Part shown: positions 27,398 to 36,632 of the stretch, one piece after another
Layout of the letters: every line of letters begins with the position of its first letter
Position numbering within the stretch: position 1 is the stretch's first letter
DNA from: a virus
Lineage: Duplodnaviria > Heunggongvirae > Uroviricota > Caudoviricetes
Length of the DNA stretch: 64,000 nt
Reading direction: 5' to 3' (one strand)
Virus record (IMG/VR): IMGVR_UViG_3300028800_000057
The notes under the pieces: generated by a model
Told to the model about the DNA's origin: nothing
What the model saw: only the letters and a program-made list of their open reading frames with translations
Database searches by the model: none
Made by a program: the position numbers and the translations under genes

Positions 27398-27790
27398 TCA
27401 CCCTAGATTATCTAGTGGGCTCAGTAAATCCCTAAACTTCTCACGGACCGAAGACCTACGGCAGATACCAACAAGCAGGTCGACAAGGCCCTCCTTGGAG
27501 TTACGCTTCGCCTTGAAGCCCCAGCAACGTACCATTACCGGATAACCCTCGTCCGACACCTCGAACGTGAACCAAACCTCCCTCGACCTGGAGTCAAAGA
27601 CCACGAACGCCAGACCTGATTCGAGAATGCCCCCAGATTCGATCTCGAAGTGAACCCACTTGCGACTAGGATCAAGAGTGTTCAAACCCGCAACGAACTC
27701 GTGTAGTAAGGCTACTACAGCCTCGTACCCAGGGTTTTGGGTATCAATGCGGATGGCTTTGACCAAAGACTCAGCAAACGGATTTGGCAT
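27398..27790 (-). CDS. Hypothetical protein
   Basis: 130-aa ORF; GGTGTA 9 nt upstream. Confidence 0.65.
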   Translation of the reverse strand: MPNPFAESLVKAIRIDTQNPGYEAVVALLHEFVAGLNTLDPSRKWVHFEIESGGILESGLAFVVFDSRSREVWFTFEVSDEGYPVMVRCWGFKAKRNSKEGLVDLLVGICRRSSVREKFRDLLSPLDNLG

Positions 27791-28079
27791 GCTTCGTGTT
27801 ACACCGAGTGATCAGTCAATCCAGAAGTAAGTTGTCCCCACAGGGACCATAGTCTGACTGGAACTAGGACTACCCGGAGGTAACGGACCTTGAGTTATAG
27901 CCCTAATCGAGTTGATAAGTGCATGTACTTGTCCCGAGGGGATAGCCCCTCCTTGCTCTCACAAGTCGAACAGACCCCGAAGGTCTCCTTCAGATGGTTG
28001 GAACACGCGCATTGGTGAATGATATTCCTGCAATACTTGCAGATAAGCCTCCCATGCCCATTCGGTAGTTGTACGTTTT

Positions 28080-28424
28080 TCATGTAACTAAATTAGATAG
28101 GCCTAGTAACTGGACTTCCTCGGGAGTCAACTTGGAGAGTGCTCTAGTACGGATAGACTCTAGCGCAGAGTCTGCATCAGCCAGAATCACTGGCAAGTCA
28201 ACTAAGTAACCTACAACCCCGTTGGTCAAGACAAGTACCTTGCGCGTGCCCGTGTAGGAAGAATCACCCAACCCCTTCGAATAGGCCAGAGCTACCACAT
28301 CACTCGTGAAGCAACCCTCTGACTTGGTACAGCAACCGTCCTCATTGGTTCGATAAACCTCAGTCATCTGAATCACACGGAAATCAGTGAGAGGCTTTCC
28401 AATCAGGTCTGTTACATCGGACAT
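28080..28424 (-). CDS. Hypothetical protein
   Basis: 114-aa ORF; GGTGTA 9 nt upstream. Confidence 0.7.
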   Translation of the reverse strand: MSDVTDLIGKPLTDFRVIQMTEVYRTNEDGCCTKSEGCFTSDVVALAYSKGLGDSSYTGTRKVLVLTNGVVGYLVDLPVILADADSALESIRTRALSKLTPEEVQLLGLSNLVT

Positions 28425-28448
28425 GCCACCCAGTACACCGAGAGGATC

Positions 28449-28961
28449 TCAGATCACCCACGCACGATGATACCGACTCACCCGAATAGGTTCAGCCCAG
28501 TCAGGGCATGAACCAAGGGTGTTCGACCGGTAAAGTCGAATAGCCGCTATCGTTGCGCCTGTAACAATCGCCCCAGCGGCATGAGGGATAGCGATAGTAC
28601 CATCAACCCCTCGAGTTACCCTCCAAGTGTTACCCCCAACGCCAGTATCGACACTAGTAACCAGTATGATCTCTTGGTCAACCTGAACCTTAAACCTCGA
28701 TTGAGCCGGGAATCTAGTTGAGTTCGTGACGTGTAGTGTTGACTCACGCTCCCAGATGTTGAACATCAAAGAGGATTTCACCAACGAGTCCTCACTCACG
28801 AAGTTCTCAGTAACCCACTCCCATAGGATGCCGACCGGATGCCCCAGTAAGCAAGTGCCCTCCCACCCAAAGTTTGGGGACCGCCCTACCGCGTCCCCCG
28901 TAACACCCTGAGAGGGATACGTAGAGGGACAGTGCCGGCAACTGTCACAAGGGTTAGGCAT
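28449..28961 (-). CDS. Cys-rich protein with inserted tail-type beta domain and C-terminal SRYHRAWVI tag
   Basis: CxxCxxCP.TYPSQG shared with 30163-30498; insert VDQEIILVT...VTRGVDGT.A..HAAGA.V. Confidence 0.75.
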   Translation of the reverse strand: MPNPCDSCRHCPSTYPSQGVTGDAVGRSPNFGWEGTCLLGHPVGILWEWVTENFVSEDSLVKSSLMFNIWERESTLHVTNSTRFPAQSRFKVQVDQEIILVTSVDTGVGGNTWRVTRGVDGTIAIPHAAGAIVTGATIAAIRLYRSNTLGSCPDWAEPIRVSRYHRAWVI

Positions 28962-29401
28962 CAGATGACCGGATCCCGGTTGTACCTCGAGACCCTGTCA
29001 ACCGGTGTCAATGGCTCCTCAACGGGTGGTTCCGATGAGCCAGTGGGGTCACCTAGGTATCGAATCGTTGCCCATGGACCAAGACCCAGAATCCTCTCTT
29101 GTAGTACTGGAGCTTGTCCCCTCTGAAAGGTGAACTCAACATGGGTGTTCCGAGGGCCCCCCAAATTCGTGAGGGTAAACCCACCCCAGCCACCCCAGTA
29201 TGTACCACCTATCCAAACACGAGTATAAATGTCGTTCTCCGGTACTCCAGGGTCTTCAAAGCCCACCTCGTCAATAACACTACGAAGACTCTGTACCGCT
29301 ATGATAAGATCGCTCGGCCCAAACTCGTGATACCCACCACGACCCGTACGCCCCTTGACCACGAATACCTGATCGCTCTCGTCCACTTCAATCGTTGGCA
29401 T
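28961..29401 (-). CDS. Hypothetical protein with SRYNRDPVI tag (start ATG 29401)
   Basis: GGTGTA 11 nt upstream of ATG 29401; TGATG coupling to next gene. Confidence 0.7.
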   Translation of the reverse strand: MPTIEVDESDQVFVVKGRTGRGGYHEFGPSDLIIAVQSLRSVIDEVGFEDPGVPENDIYTRVWIGGTYWGGWGGFTLTNLGGPRNTHVEFTFQRGQAPVLQERILGLGPWATIRYLGDPTGSSEPPVEEPLTPVDRVSRYNRDPVI

Positions 29402-29420
29402 ATACCCGAGATTACACCAA

Positions 29421-29621
29421 ATGTGGATTGACCCAAAGAAGCAAAACCCCGCGGTCGGAGTACCCGTCAGAGCCCTCCTCCGAGGGGCTACCACTGGGAA
29501 GCTCGTCGAGTCCGTTCTTGTCCACGTCGACGAAGATGACTGCTACTGGAGAACCGCTGACGACAACTCAGAGATAGACTTCAACTGGGAGGTAATCGGA
29601 TGGCTTCCGGAAGTCAAATGA
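29421..29621 (+). CDS. Small DUF551-like protein
   Basis: MWID.....P...V....VIGWLP pattern. Confidence 0.55.
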   Translation: MWIDPKKQNPAVGVPVRALLRGATTGKLVESVLVHVDEDDCYWRTADDNSEIDFNWEVIGWLPEVK

Positions 29622-30114
29622 CCGGTTCCCGCTCGTATCTCGAGACTCGTTCAAGTAAATTGGAACTCTCTTCCGATGGCTCAGCAGGTAACGATGGATC
29701 ATCCTGAACTTCTTCCTCGACAGGATCAGCAAACGCCGTACGGTATAGGTATTGACCCGCTTGCCCAGCTAACTGTGATGTGGGATCTAACCTGACAATA
29801 AAAATGCAAGCGAGGTCATAATCGACAGTACCCTCCTCTAGATTCTGAAGCACCCACTTAGCCACATCGAGTTGGGTACTCTCAACGACGTATAGGGGAG
29901 ACCTCTCCCCTATCAAGTATTGCGCTCTCGAAAGTCGCTCGTCTTGATCCGTACTGTGTTGGAATATGAAGGCTGAGGTAGAGTAGACTAAGGAGGGTCT
30001 TCGATTGCTATCAGCCCACGCCAAAAGATACCGAGCTGCCTCCAATTGCAGTTCAACCGGTACTTCAGAACACCCCATTAGCTTTTGACTAGCAAAACTT
30101 TTTCGTACAGGCAT
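29614..30114 (-). CDS. Hypothetical protein with SRYEREPVI tag (start ATG 30114)
   Basis: GGTGTA 9 nt upstream; tag at stop. Confidence 0.7.
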   Translation of the reverse strand: MPVRKSFASQKLMGCSEVPVELQLEAARYLLAWADSNRRPSLVYSTSAFIFQHSTDQDERLSRAQYLIGERSPLYVVESTQLDVAKWVLQNLEEGTVDYDLACIFIVRLDPTSQLAGQAGQYLYRTAFADPVEEEVQDDPSLPAEPSEESSNLLERVSRYEREPVI

Positions 30115-30130
30115 ATCAAAGAGTACACCA

Positions 30131-30163
30131 TCAGATGACCGGATCCCGCTCATATCTAGGCAT
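30131..30163 (-). CDS. 10-aa micro-ORF MPRYERDPVI consisting only of the tag
   Basis: ATG overlaps TGA of the upstream gene (TGATG); ends in TGA at 30131-33. Confidence 0.5.
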   Translation of the reverse strand: MPRYERDPVI

Positions 30164-30498
30164 CAAATCACCCACTCCCGCGAGTAACGACTCCTCCGAA
30201 GCCCAGCATACTTGACGTCTCGGTCAGGACAATTCAACCAAAGAACCGAACGATACAGATGGATAGTCTTCACATCCTCCAATGGACCATCCCATACCCA
30301 ACAGACCCGTACCTCATGACCCCGAGAACAAGCCGCCCTCCAAACAAAGTCAGCAACCGGTATCCGGCCAATAGCCTCCGTGCCTACAACACCCTGAGAG
30401 GGATACGTCAAGGGACAATACCGACAACCATCACATGAAGGCGGTAAAGCCAAATCACGCCCCCCGGGTACCCAAAGACCAACGCTCATTGATCCCAT
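30163..30498 (-). CDS. Cys-rich protein with SRYSREWVI tag, paralog of 28449-28961
   Basis: CDGCRYCPLTYPSQG; tag at stop. Confidence 0.7.
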   Translation of the reverse strand: MGSMSVGLWVPGGRDLALPPSCDGCRYCPLTYPSQGVVGTEAIGRIPVADFVWRAACSRGHEVRVCWVWDGPLEDVKTIHLYRSVLWLNCPDRDVKYAGLRRSRYSREWVI

Positions 30499-30895
30499 TC
30501 AGGTATGACGATACTTCAACCGTATCGTCAGCTATGTACCCAGTACCACTCCGAAAAGGCTCGATACAGACCTCGGAGCAATAACACGAAACCCGACCCG
30601 CAATCTCCCTGAACCCACGCTCAAACTCCATCGCCACCGGTCCCGATGTCAAGACCGTAACCCGAGAAGCACTCTCAGAGATGAACAAGACATGGTGAAG
30701 TAGAAGACGAACATAGAGCTGCTCCGCTACCCACAAGATCCGCGAATCATGATCCGCACCCCAGATGATAGCAAAGTCGTGATTGCTCATCTGAGGTACC
30801 CATACAAGAGCCCGTAGTACCGAATAGTGAATACCATTACCCAGTATTGGGTCTTCATCATGCAAAGTGGTGAAAAACTCAGAGTATAGCTTCAT
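30455..30895 (-). CDS. Hypothetical protein
   Basis: 146-aa ORF. Confidence 0.65.
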   Translation of the reverse strand: MKLYSEFFTTLHDEDPILGNGIHYSVLRALVWVPQMSNHDFAIIWGADHDSRILWVAEQLYVRLLLHHVLFISESASRVTVLTSGPVAMEFERGFREIAGRVSCYCSEVCIEPFRSGTGYIADDTVEVSSYLNGINERWSLGTRGA

Positions 30896-30918
30896 GTAGG
30901 TAGAGGTCCTGTAGTAAA

Positions 30919-31335
30919 TTAGGTCTGAATCAGCTCCTCATACGCTACTTGGTCGAATAAAGCAACATGGGCGCCACGATAGTCTATCAAAGCCACACCC
31001 GAGTTGAACCCAAGGCGATCCCGCTCCTGAACCAAGGACCAGTCAGGCCCCGCTAGCGTGTGAAGCGTCTCAACAAGCTGGTCCGCTCGGACACCGTCAA
31101 CCGTATCACCAGCACCCGAAACAGCCGCACCAGGGAACCTAGCCCAGTCCCACCACCAAAGAGGGTCCCACTCATCTATGTGCTTGTGGTCCTCGAACGT
31201 CGTCCAGATAGACCATGCGTTCTTCGTCTCAACCTGTCCTTGCCCCACCCGGTAACTTGCCCCTCCAGTAGGCCTGAGAATCAGGATGTCAGCCCGCTTG
31301 TTGATGCTCTCCCGAGGATCTTGATTGCTCCACAT
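30919..31335 (-). CDS. Hypothetical protein
   Basis: 138-aa ORF. Confidence 0.6.
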   Translation of the reverse strand: MWSNQDPRESINKRADILILRPTGGASYRVGQGQVETKNAWSIWTTFEDHKHIDEWDPLWWWDWARFPGAAVSGAGDTVDGVRADQLVETLHTLAGPDWSLVQERDRLGFNSGVALIDYRGAHVALFDQVAYEELIQT

Positions 31336-31356
31336 AGTAATGGATGTAGTACACCG

Positions 31357-32124
31357 CTATACAATTCGTTCAACCCAGGTCCTGAATAACTCAACTTTAG
31401 TCTCAGGAGGAAGACAAGCTTCAGCCAGTCTAAATTGATCTGCATCACTGGTAATGAATAATTCGGCTTCTGATGCACTTGTCACGTGAAGAAGGTCGGT
31501 TGTGTCGTTGATGTCTGGTCTCTCACCATTCACAAACCCTTGTATATGTAGGCTTTGATAGGCTATACTTGCACCACTGTAGACCCAAAGGAACCTAATT
31601 GTTCTTGGGTCTACCTGTGAGGTCAGGTGAAATCTCTCAAGTAGGTTAGTAGCACACCTCACCCTGTGCTCTTCATTGAATAATGTGTCTATTAGCTCAG
31701 GAATGTGACGACTAGGAATCTCTTGGTATCGACGAATTAGATCATTCTGACTAACCAAACTATGACTCCTTGATATACTAAGACGAGAACCCTGGGTCCT
31801 ATAGATTTCTGGCCTATACAGAGCCGAATGGAAGGCTTCCATGATGTCAACCCTCGACAATGGAACCCTGATTAGTGACTCTGAATAAGAGTATGCTTTT
31901 AGACTACACTTCTCTAGAAAAGCAAGTCTCTCTCGAAGTTGGTCTACCCTACCAGCAGCCTGAAGTGGGGGTACCAGCTCATCAAGAAAGGTCGAGCTTA
32001 GAACGATTGAATTACTATGGTCTTGTAAGTGACTTAGTACACGTTCCTTGTAACTTTGATCCAACGTTGAGTTAGATCTCCAAAGGTCTGAAAAGGCGCT
32101 AGTGTCAAAGTAATAGTCTGTCAT
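31357..32124 (-). CDS. PIN-domain-like protein
   Basis: YYFDTSAF at N-terminus; DINDTTDLLH...ELFITSD acidic motifs at C-terminus. Confidence 0.7.
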   Translation of the reverse strand: MTDYYFDTSAFSDLWRSNSTLDQSYKERVLSHLQDHSNSIVLSSTFLDELVPPLQAAGRVDQLRERLAFLEKCSLKAYSYSESLIRVPLSRVDIMEAFHSALYRPEIYRTQGSRLSISRSHSLVSQNDLIRRYQEIPSRHIPELIDTLFNEEHRVRCATNLLERFHLTSQVDPRTIRFLWVYSGASIAYQSLHIQGFVNGERPDINDTTDLLHVTSASEAELFITSDADQFRLAEACLPPETKVELFRTWVERIV

Positions 32125-32202
32125 AGGGTAGACTGCTACACCGGGGAAGATCACCGGCTCCCTCTTGGAAGCTCATGAAGTGCTTGGTCATTCCAACTCA
32201 AC

Positions 32203-32856
32203 CTACGCCTTTACTCGAGCGTAAACGTGGTCAATGAACTCCTTCGGCGGCCTGACACCATGGGCTTCAACATAGTGGTCAAACCCATCCGGCCACATGT
32301 AAATACCATCCCCCTTGTCCGTCGAACCAAGATCAGCAGAACAGAGACGACACATAGACCACCCACGCCAATACTCCACGTCAGGACATGACCGGAGATA
32401 ACCAAGAACCATCGCCCTCTCATCAGCATCCCACGACAGGTCCACATGCTGACCAGGCCACGGTAACACGATACCCTTCTGCGCATACCAGTCAACTAAT
32501 GGGTTCTCAGCAGTAGCCCAATACCCAATGCACTTGACCGAAGCACCCTCCCCACCATCCGGATGCCCTTCAACTACCATCGGTACAATCCCATGGTCAC
32601 CCAGAACAGGTGGCTCACTCCCCGCCATTACCCCCCAGTAATAAACGAAGTCCAACCGAAGCTGATGCATATACCTCGTGCCAGGTATCGACTCCAATTC
32701 AATGTTCACCTCCGACCCCTCAAACGAATGAATCCGCCCAAGTGTCCCCACCGGTATCTCTACCTCACCCCCTTCACCGTCACTGATAGTGAGCGGCTCC
32801 TTACTCACTATCTGGGCACCCTTCCAAAGTGGCTTATTCACTGGTACTGCGAACAT
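32203..32856 (-). CDS. Hypothetical protein with C-terminal RGWS.CRLC...WP.G..HYV..H.V.PP domain
   Basis: Cys/His-rich conserved-looking module; GGTGTA 10 nt upstream. Confidence 0.7.
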   Translation of the reverse strand: MFAVPVNKPLWKGAQIVSKEPLTISDGEGGEVEIPVGTLGRIHSFEGSEVNIELESIPGTRYMHQLRLDFVYYWGVMAGSEPPVLGDHGIVPMVVEGHPDGGEGASVKCIGYWATAENPLVDWYAQKGIVLPWPGQHVDLSWDADERAMVLGYLRSCPDVEYWRGWSMCRLCSADLGSTDKGDGIYMWPDGFDHYVEAHGVRPPKEFIDHVYARVKA

Positions 32857-32930
32857 GCCCGAGGAATACACCGGAAACCTCACCTTTCTGGTTGAGATTC
32901 ACACCTAGCCGCGCGTAATAGTCAAGTGTT

Positions 32931-33506
32931 ATGAACAAATCTGAGTTCGTTCGAGCTAACCTGAAAAAACCTACCCTTGAAATCTTGAGGATGGCCAGAA
33001 AACAAGGGGTGAATGGCCTTTCCTCGAACCTGGTGAGCGTCGTCAAGTCCAATGAGAAGAACGGAATGAAGAGAAACCCCGCTGAGCCGCCCCCTGATGA
33101 AGGTGCCCCCATAACCACCCACGAGCACGAGTTGTATGACTTGTTCCTTTCAGTAGGCCTAGATAGAACGCACGAAATACTGGACTACTACGAGAGAAGA
33201 ATTCAGGAAGCCTTCCCCCTCATCAACCTGGACCCCCTGGAAAGCAAACTCACACCCATCCCGAGAGGAATCCGGAACCAAGGGGACCATACCCTGATCA
33301 ACCACCTCATCTACCTCCTCGGTGACCAAACACTTACATTCGCCAGCATCTGTACTCGCCTATCCGAATACAATTGGATGCCCGAACGAAAGTCCTCAGT
33401 GAGCAACGTCCTTAGCTTTCGCCGAGACTTGTTCAATCACCCCTGCCGAGGGACACACAACCTCACAAGAAAGGCTCTGCGCAAGAGAAGTACCCTGAAG
33501 TTGTGA
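32931..33506 (+). CDS. DNA-binding protein with C-terminal winged-helix-like domain
   Basis: C-terminus aligns with C-terminus of 9167-9919 (F..ICTRL.......R.SSVSN.LS.RRD.F). Confidence 0.7.
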   Translation: MNKSEFVRANLKKPTLEILRMARKQGVNGLSSNLVSVVKSNEKNGMKRNPAEPPPDEGAPITTHEHELYDLFLSVGLDRTHEILDYYERRIQEAFPLINLDPLESKLTPIPRGIRNQGDHTLINHLIYLLGDQTLTFASICTRLSEYNWMPERKSSVSNVLSFRRDLFNHPCRGTHNLTRKALRKRSTLKL

Positions 33507-33515
33507 CCAGAGCCG

Positions 33516-34247
33516 TCACCCCAGGTCAAACGTCATCTCATCCAACCACGACATGTCATCACCTATAGACGATGACACCGGAGCAGAGGGAGAGGCACCC
33601 TCAGACGAGTGCAATGGTACAAGCTCAGGTAAGACCGAAGCATGCTCGTCCCCAGGCTCAGGCGTGCCACCCTCCAATACCTGCAGATAGGCATCAGCGC
33701 CCCCAGATGAGCTCAGCGAGGGTTCAGTTGCGACTACGACAGGTGCTACAGACTCAGTTGCTACCATAGTAGTCGTACCTGACAACGCCTTCTCTAGTTG
33801 GATACGAGCCCAGTCCGATACAGTACGACCATCTGCACAAGCTCGAGTAACCATCGCTTCAAGCTGTGTCCCTGTTACCCGAACCTTCAATACCTTGTTC
33901 CGTAACTCTTTACCACCCCTCCCAGTCCCAATGTATGCGTCCCCACCTTCCTTATACCCAGCCACAATGTTGTAACCAACATTCGGGTCACGAGATTTGT
34001 ATCGGTCAATAGCATCCCTCTCAGCTACCAACAGTGTGGCTCGATCAGGGTAGGCCTCTATCTCCTCAACTGCAAAGGCATCAGGCCCTTGCCTCTTGAT
34101 AGCTCCATGAAGCCCAGTAGAAACATTACCCTTGCTATCATGCACATGTCCAGCCCACCGTAGTGCTAATGGCTGAGTAGTACGCCCGATGTAGACCTTC
34201 CCTGTAGTCTTGTTCCGTACTAAGTATATGATTCCGTACGCGGGCAT
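33516..34247 (-). CDS. GIY-YIG endonuclease fused to a ribbon-helix-helix-like module and disordered tail
   Basis: GIIYLVRNKTTGKVYIGRT, AER.AI.....GYN; LKVRVT....EAM...A...G.TVSDWAR. Confidence 0.85.
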   Translation of the reverse strand: MPAYGIIYLVRNKTTGKVYIGRTTQPLALRWAGHVHDSKGNVSTGLHGAIKRQGPDAFAVEEIEAYPDRATLLVAERDAIDRYKSRDPNVGYNIVAGYKEGGDAYIGTGRGGKELRNKVLKVRVTGTQLEAMVTRACADGRTVSDWARIQLEKALSGTTTMVATESVAPVVVATEPSLSSSGGADAYLQVLEGGTPEPGDEHASVLPELVPLHSSEGASPSAPVSSSIGDDMSWLDEMTFDLG

Positions 34248-34334
34248 CCCTCTGTGGTACACCGGAAAGTGGCAGGGCGGACGCCTGGCCCGCCTCATTC
34301 TTTGTACCACGCTAATAGGTTAGTAATATCAAGT

Positions 34335-34408
34335 ACTTGGAATGTACCACACGGAAAGTGGCGGGCCTTCCAGCCAGCCTCCCACTTTCCGTGTGGTACA
34401 TTCCAAGT
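34335..34408. repeat. Perfect 27-bp inverted repeat with extra GGAAAGTGGC copies
   Basis: ACTTGGAATGTACCACACGGAAAGTGG-N20-CCACTTTCCGTGTGGTACATTCCAAGT; related copies near 34264 and 34418. Confidence 0.9.
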
Positions 34409-34911
34409 GTGGTACACGGAAAGTGGCAGGCTGAACAGACGGACAACCGCCGCAAATACCAAACCCACCCGGCCCAATTTTCCTAAATAACTACACACAC
34501 TATAATACCACACAATTCACGGTGCTTCGCACAAGTGACCTGTGATGGATTACACACCTACCTGCAGCCCCCACACACAGTTGTCTTGCAATTCATGTGA
34601 GTTCAGTGCAGCACCATTCACATTCACAGTGAATCACACAAGGAAGTGACACTGCGCCTCTGGCGCCTTGTGATTCACTGTGTAAAGTGTTGAGGTAGGA
34701 TAGTCACACCAGAACTAGGCGCGGAGCGCCGGGTTAGGGTTGGATATGTAGGCAGAGTATCGGTTCGTGACGATACCGCTCTGAAGTATTGTCCAAACCA
34801 CATGTAGTTATCGGTGACGTTCGTGCCCGTAAAAGTATGAACAGATACTATGCCTACATCAGAAGTATCAATTCTTGTTGAGATCAGAGCGAGTGGTGCG
34901 TAATAGGAGGC

Positions 34912-35304
34912 ATGACAATCAGCACTCCTGAGCAAGAAGAGATGATCAGGTCAACGGTACCCGGTGCAACCTGGTACTACCGAAGCATCAGTGGATGGCA
35001 TGAGGTCACCGTTGAGCGCGTGACCAAGACCGTGGTCATCATGACTACAGGAGAACGGGTCCCGAAGGCTTCTAGGCAGTGTGGTGGTCGGGTTTGGTTC
35101 CCACCTACACCTGAGATGGTTGAGCTCTACGAGGCCGAGCAGATGAAAGCGGCTGCCCAGACTCACTACCTGCAGGCTCTCGACAACCTTCAAGCGGTAG
35201 CCAAGCGCGCTACGCCGGCCCAGCTCCGTGAGCTGGCTACTCAGGTGAACAACGCAGTCGATCTCCTACAGGGGGAGATGAGGCGTGCAAGCGTGAAGGG
35301 GTAG
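34912..35304 (+). CDS. Hypothetical protein
   Basis: TTGAGA-N15-CGTAAT-N7-ATG. Confidence 0.75.
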   Translation: MTISTPEQEEMIRSTVPGATWYYRSISGWHEVTVERVTKTVVIMTTGERVPKASRQCGGRVWFPPTPEMVELYEAEQMKAAAQTHYLQALDNLQAVAKRATPAQLRELATQVNNAVDLLQGEMRRASVKG

Positions 35305-35523
35305 GACATGACGTGTACGCTCAAGACCTCGGAGCTGTTCGCGGTGACCCACAGGGCCCTCGTGAGTCAGCAGTGGGGGCAGGCTCGAGTACTACTGGAT
35401 GCGCTCGACCTCAGGAGTGACAACCGGGACAAGCTGTGTTCAGCAGTGAGTTATGGCTGCCCGGATATGCTGGTGAGGGTGATTCAGGACAGGATAGACT
35501 TGGTCAATTCAAAGGTGATATAG

Positions 35524-36120
35524 ATGGCAAAGCGTAATCTACTAGGCGACTGCGTACTTCGACGGGATCCCAAGGGGGACCTCTGGCTCATGAACCGTCA
35601 AGAGGGTGGGTGGCGCTCGTGGGCAGACCCTGTGAAGAGCGAGGCGGCTCTCTTGGCTGAGTTCAATGTACGTCTTGGGGAGTGGACTAGGGACTCGTGT
35701 TCGGAGTACTGTCTGGTGACTCGCATACCGCGCTCGGAGCAACCGACTCTCCACGACGGGGAGGTTATACCGGAACCCGGTTTGGCTTGTGAGCGGCATG
35801 CCTTCAAGCGCATCCAAGATGTCAATGGACTGAGTGGACCGAATATGTTAGACGACAGTTGTGCCAGTGGACCGAAGGCAGGTATGAAGCCGGTTGTCAT
35901 CGTTGATGGTCTCAACGTACTGACTGGGTACAGCATCATGGGTGAGGAACCACTACCAGAGCCATTCAAACCCCATGACGTTGGTCAGCGCGGTCAGAGT
36001 ACCGAGAACGTTGATAGCGCTGAACAACGCATCATGCGGTTCTACAAGCGCACCCTACTACCGAACCTGAGCAACGAGAACGCCGGGTACCAGTTTTTCC
36101 ACCCAGGGAAGAAGACATGA
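35524..36120 (+). CDS. Hypothetical protein
   Basis: 198-aa ORF in + strand run 34912-36413. Confidence 0.65.
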   Translation: MAKRNLLGDCVLRRDPKGDLWLMNRQEGGWRSWADPVKSEAALLAEFNVRLGEWTRDSCSEYCLVTRIPRSEQPTLHDGEVIPEPGLACERHAFKRIQDVNGLSGPNMLDDSCASGPKAGMKPVVIVDGLNVLTGYSIMGEEPLPEPFKPHDVGQRGQSTENVDSAEQRIMRFYKRTLLPNLSNENAGYQFFHPGKKT

Positions 36121-36632
36121 GCTTCGTAATCAAGCACCGGGAAGTCAACGGCGTCTACCTCTGCCATGAGGGCCTTCATTGGTACTGGGGGCCTCGTGAG
36201 CAGGCGCGCGAGTACTCCAAGGAGGATGCCTTCGTCCTTCTCAAGTCACTCTCGAATTGGGGTCCGGTTCTTGGCGTAGGTCAAGAAGATGCCCTCATCG
36301 AGATTGACAAGACACCGGACACCATACCGGTGCCCTCTCCGCAGGCTTTGCAGGGTTTGAGATGGGACTTGACCGGTAGCGCACTACCGTGTACCTTGTG
36401 TGAGTCAGGGTAGTTCGGGTTTTTCTGCGTTTGTCCCTGACCGGGCCAGTCTCCCTTTTCATCGTCGGGGGCTGGCCCGACTCCTATTTAGGGGTAGCGC
36501 GCTACGGTATGTAGCGGATCACGAAGGTGAAGGCCATGGCCATCAGCACCGGGAAGACAGCTTGCTCCCTGCTGAACCCGAGGATGCTACACAGGGAGAT
36601 GGACAAGAGTCCTATGACAAGAGCTCGAGTGA

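Noticed and set aside
33712-34896. Extra half-copies of the tracr hairpin (AGCGAGGGTT at ~33715; AGCGAGTGG at ~34888)
   Set aside because: 9-10-nt matches without the partner arm; compatible with chance
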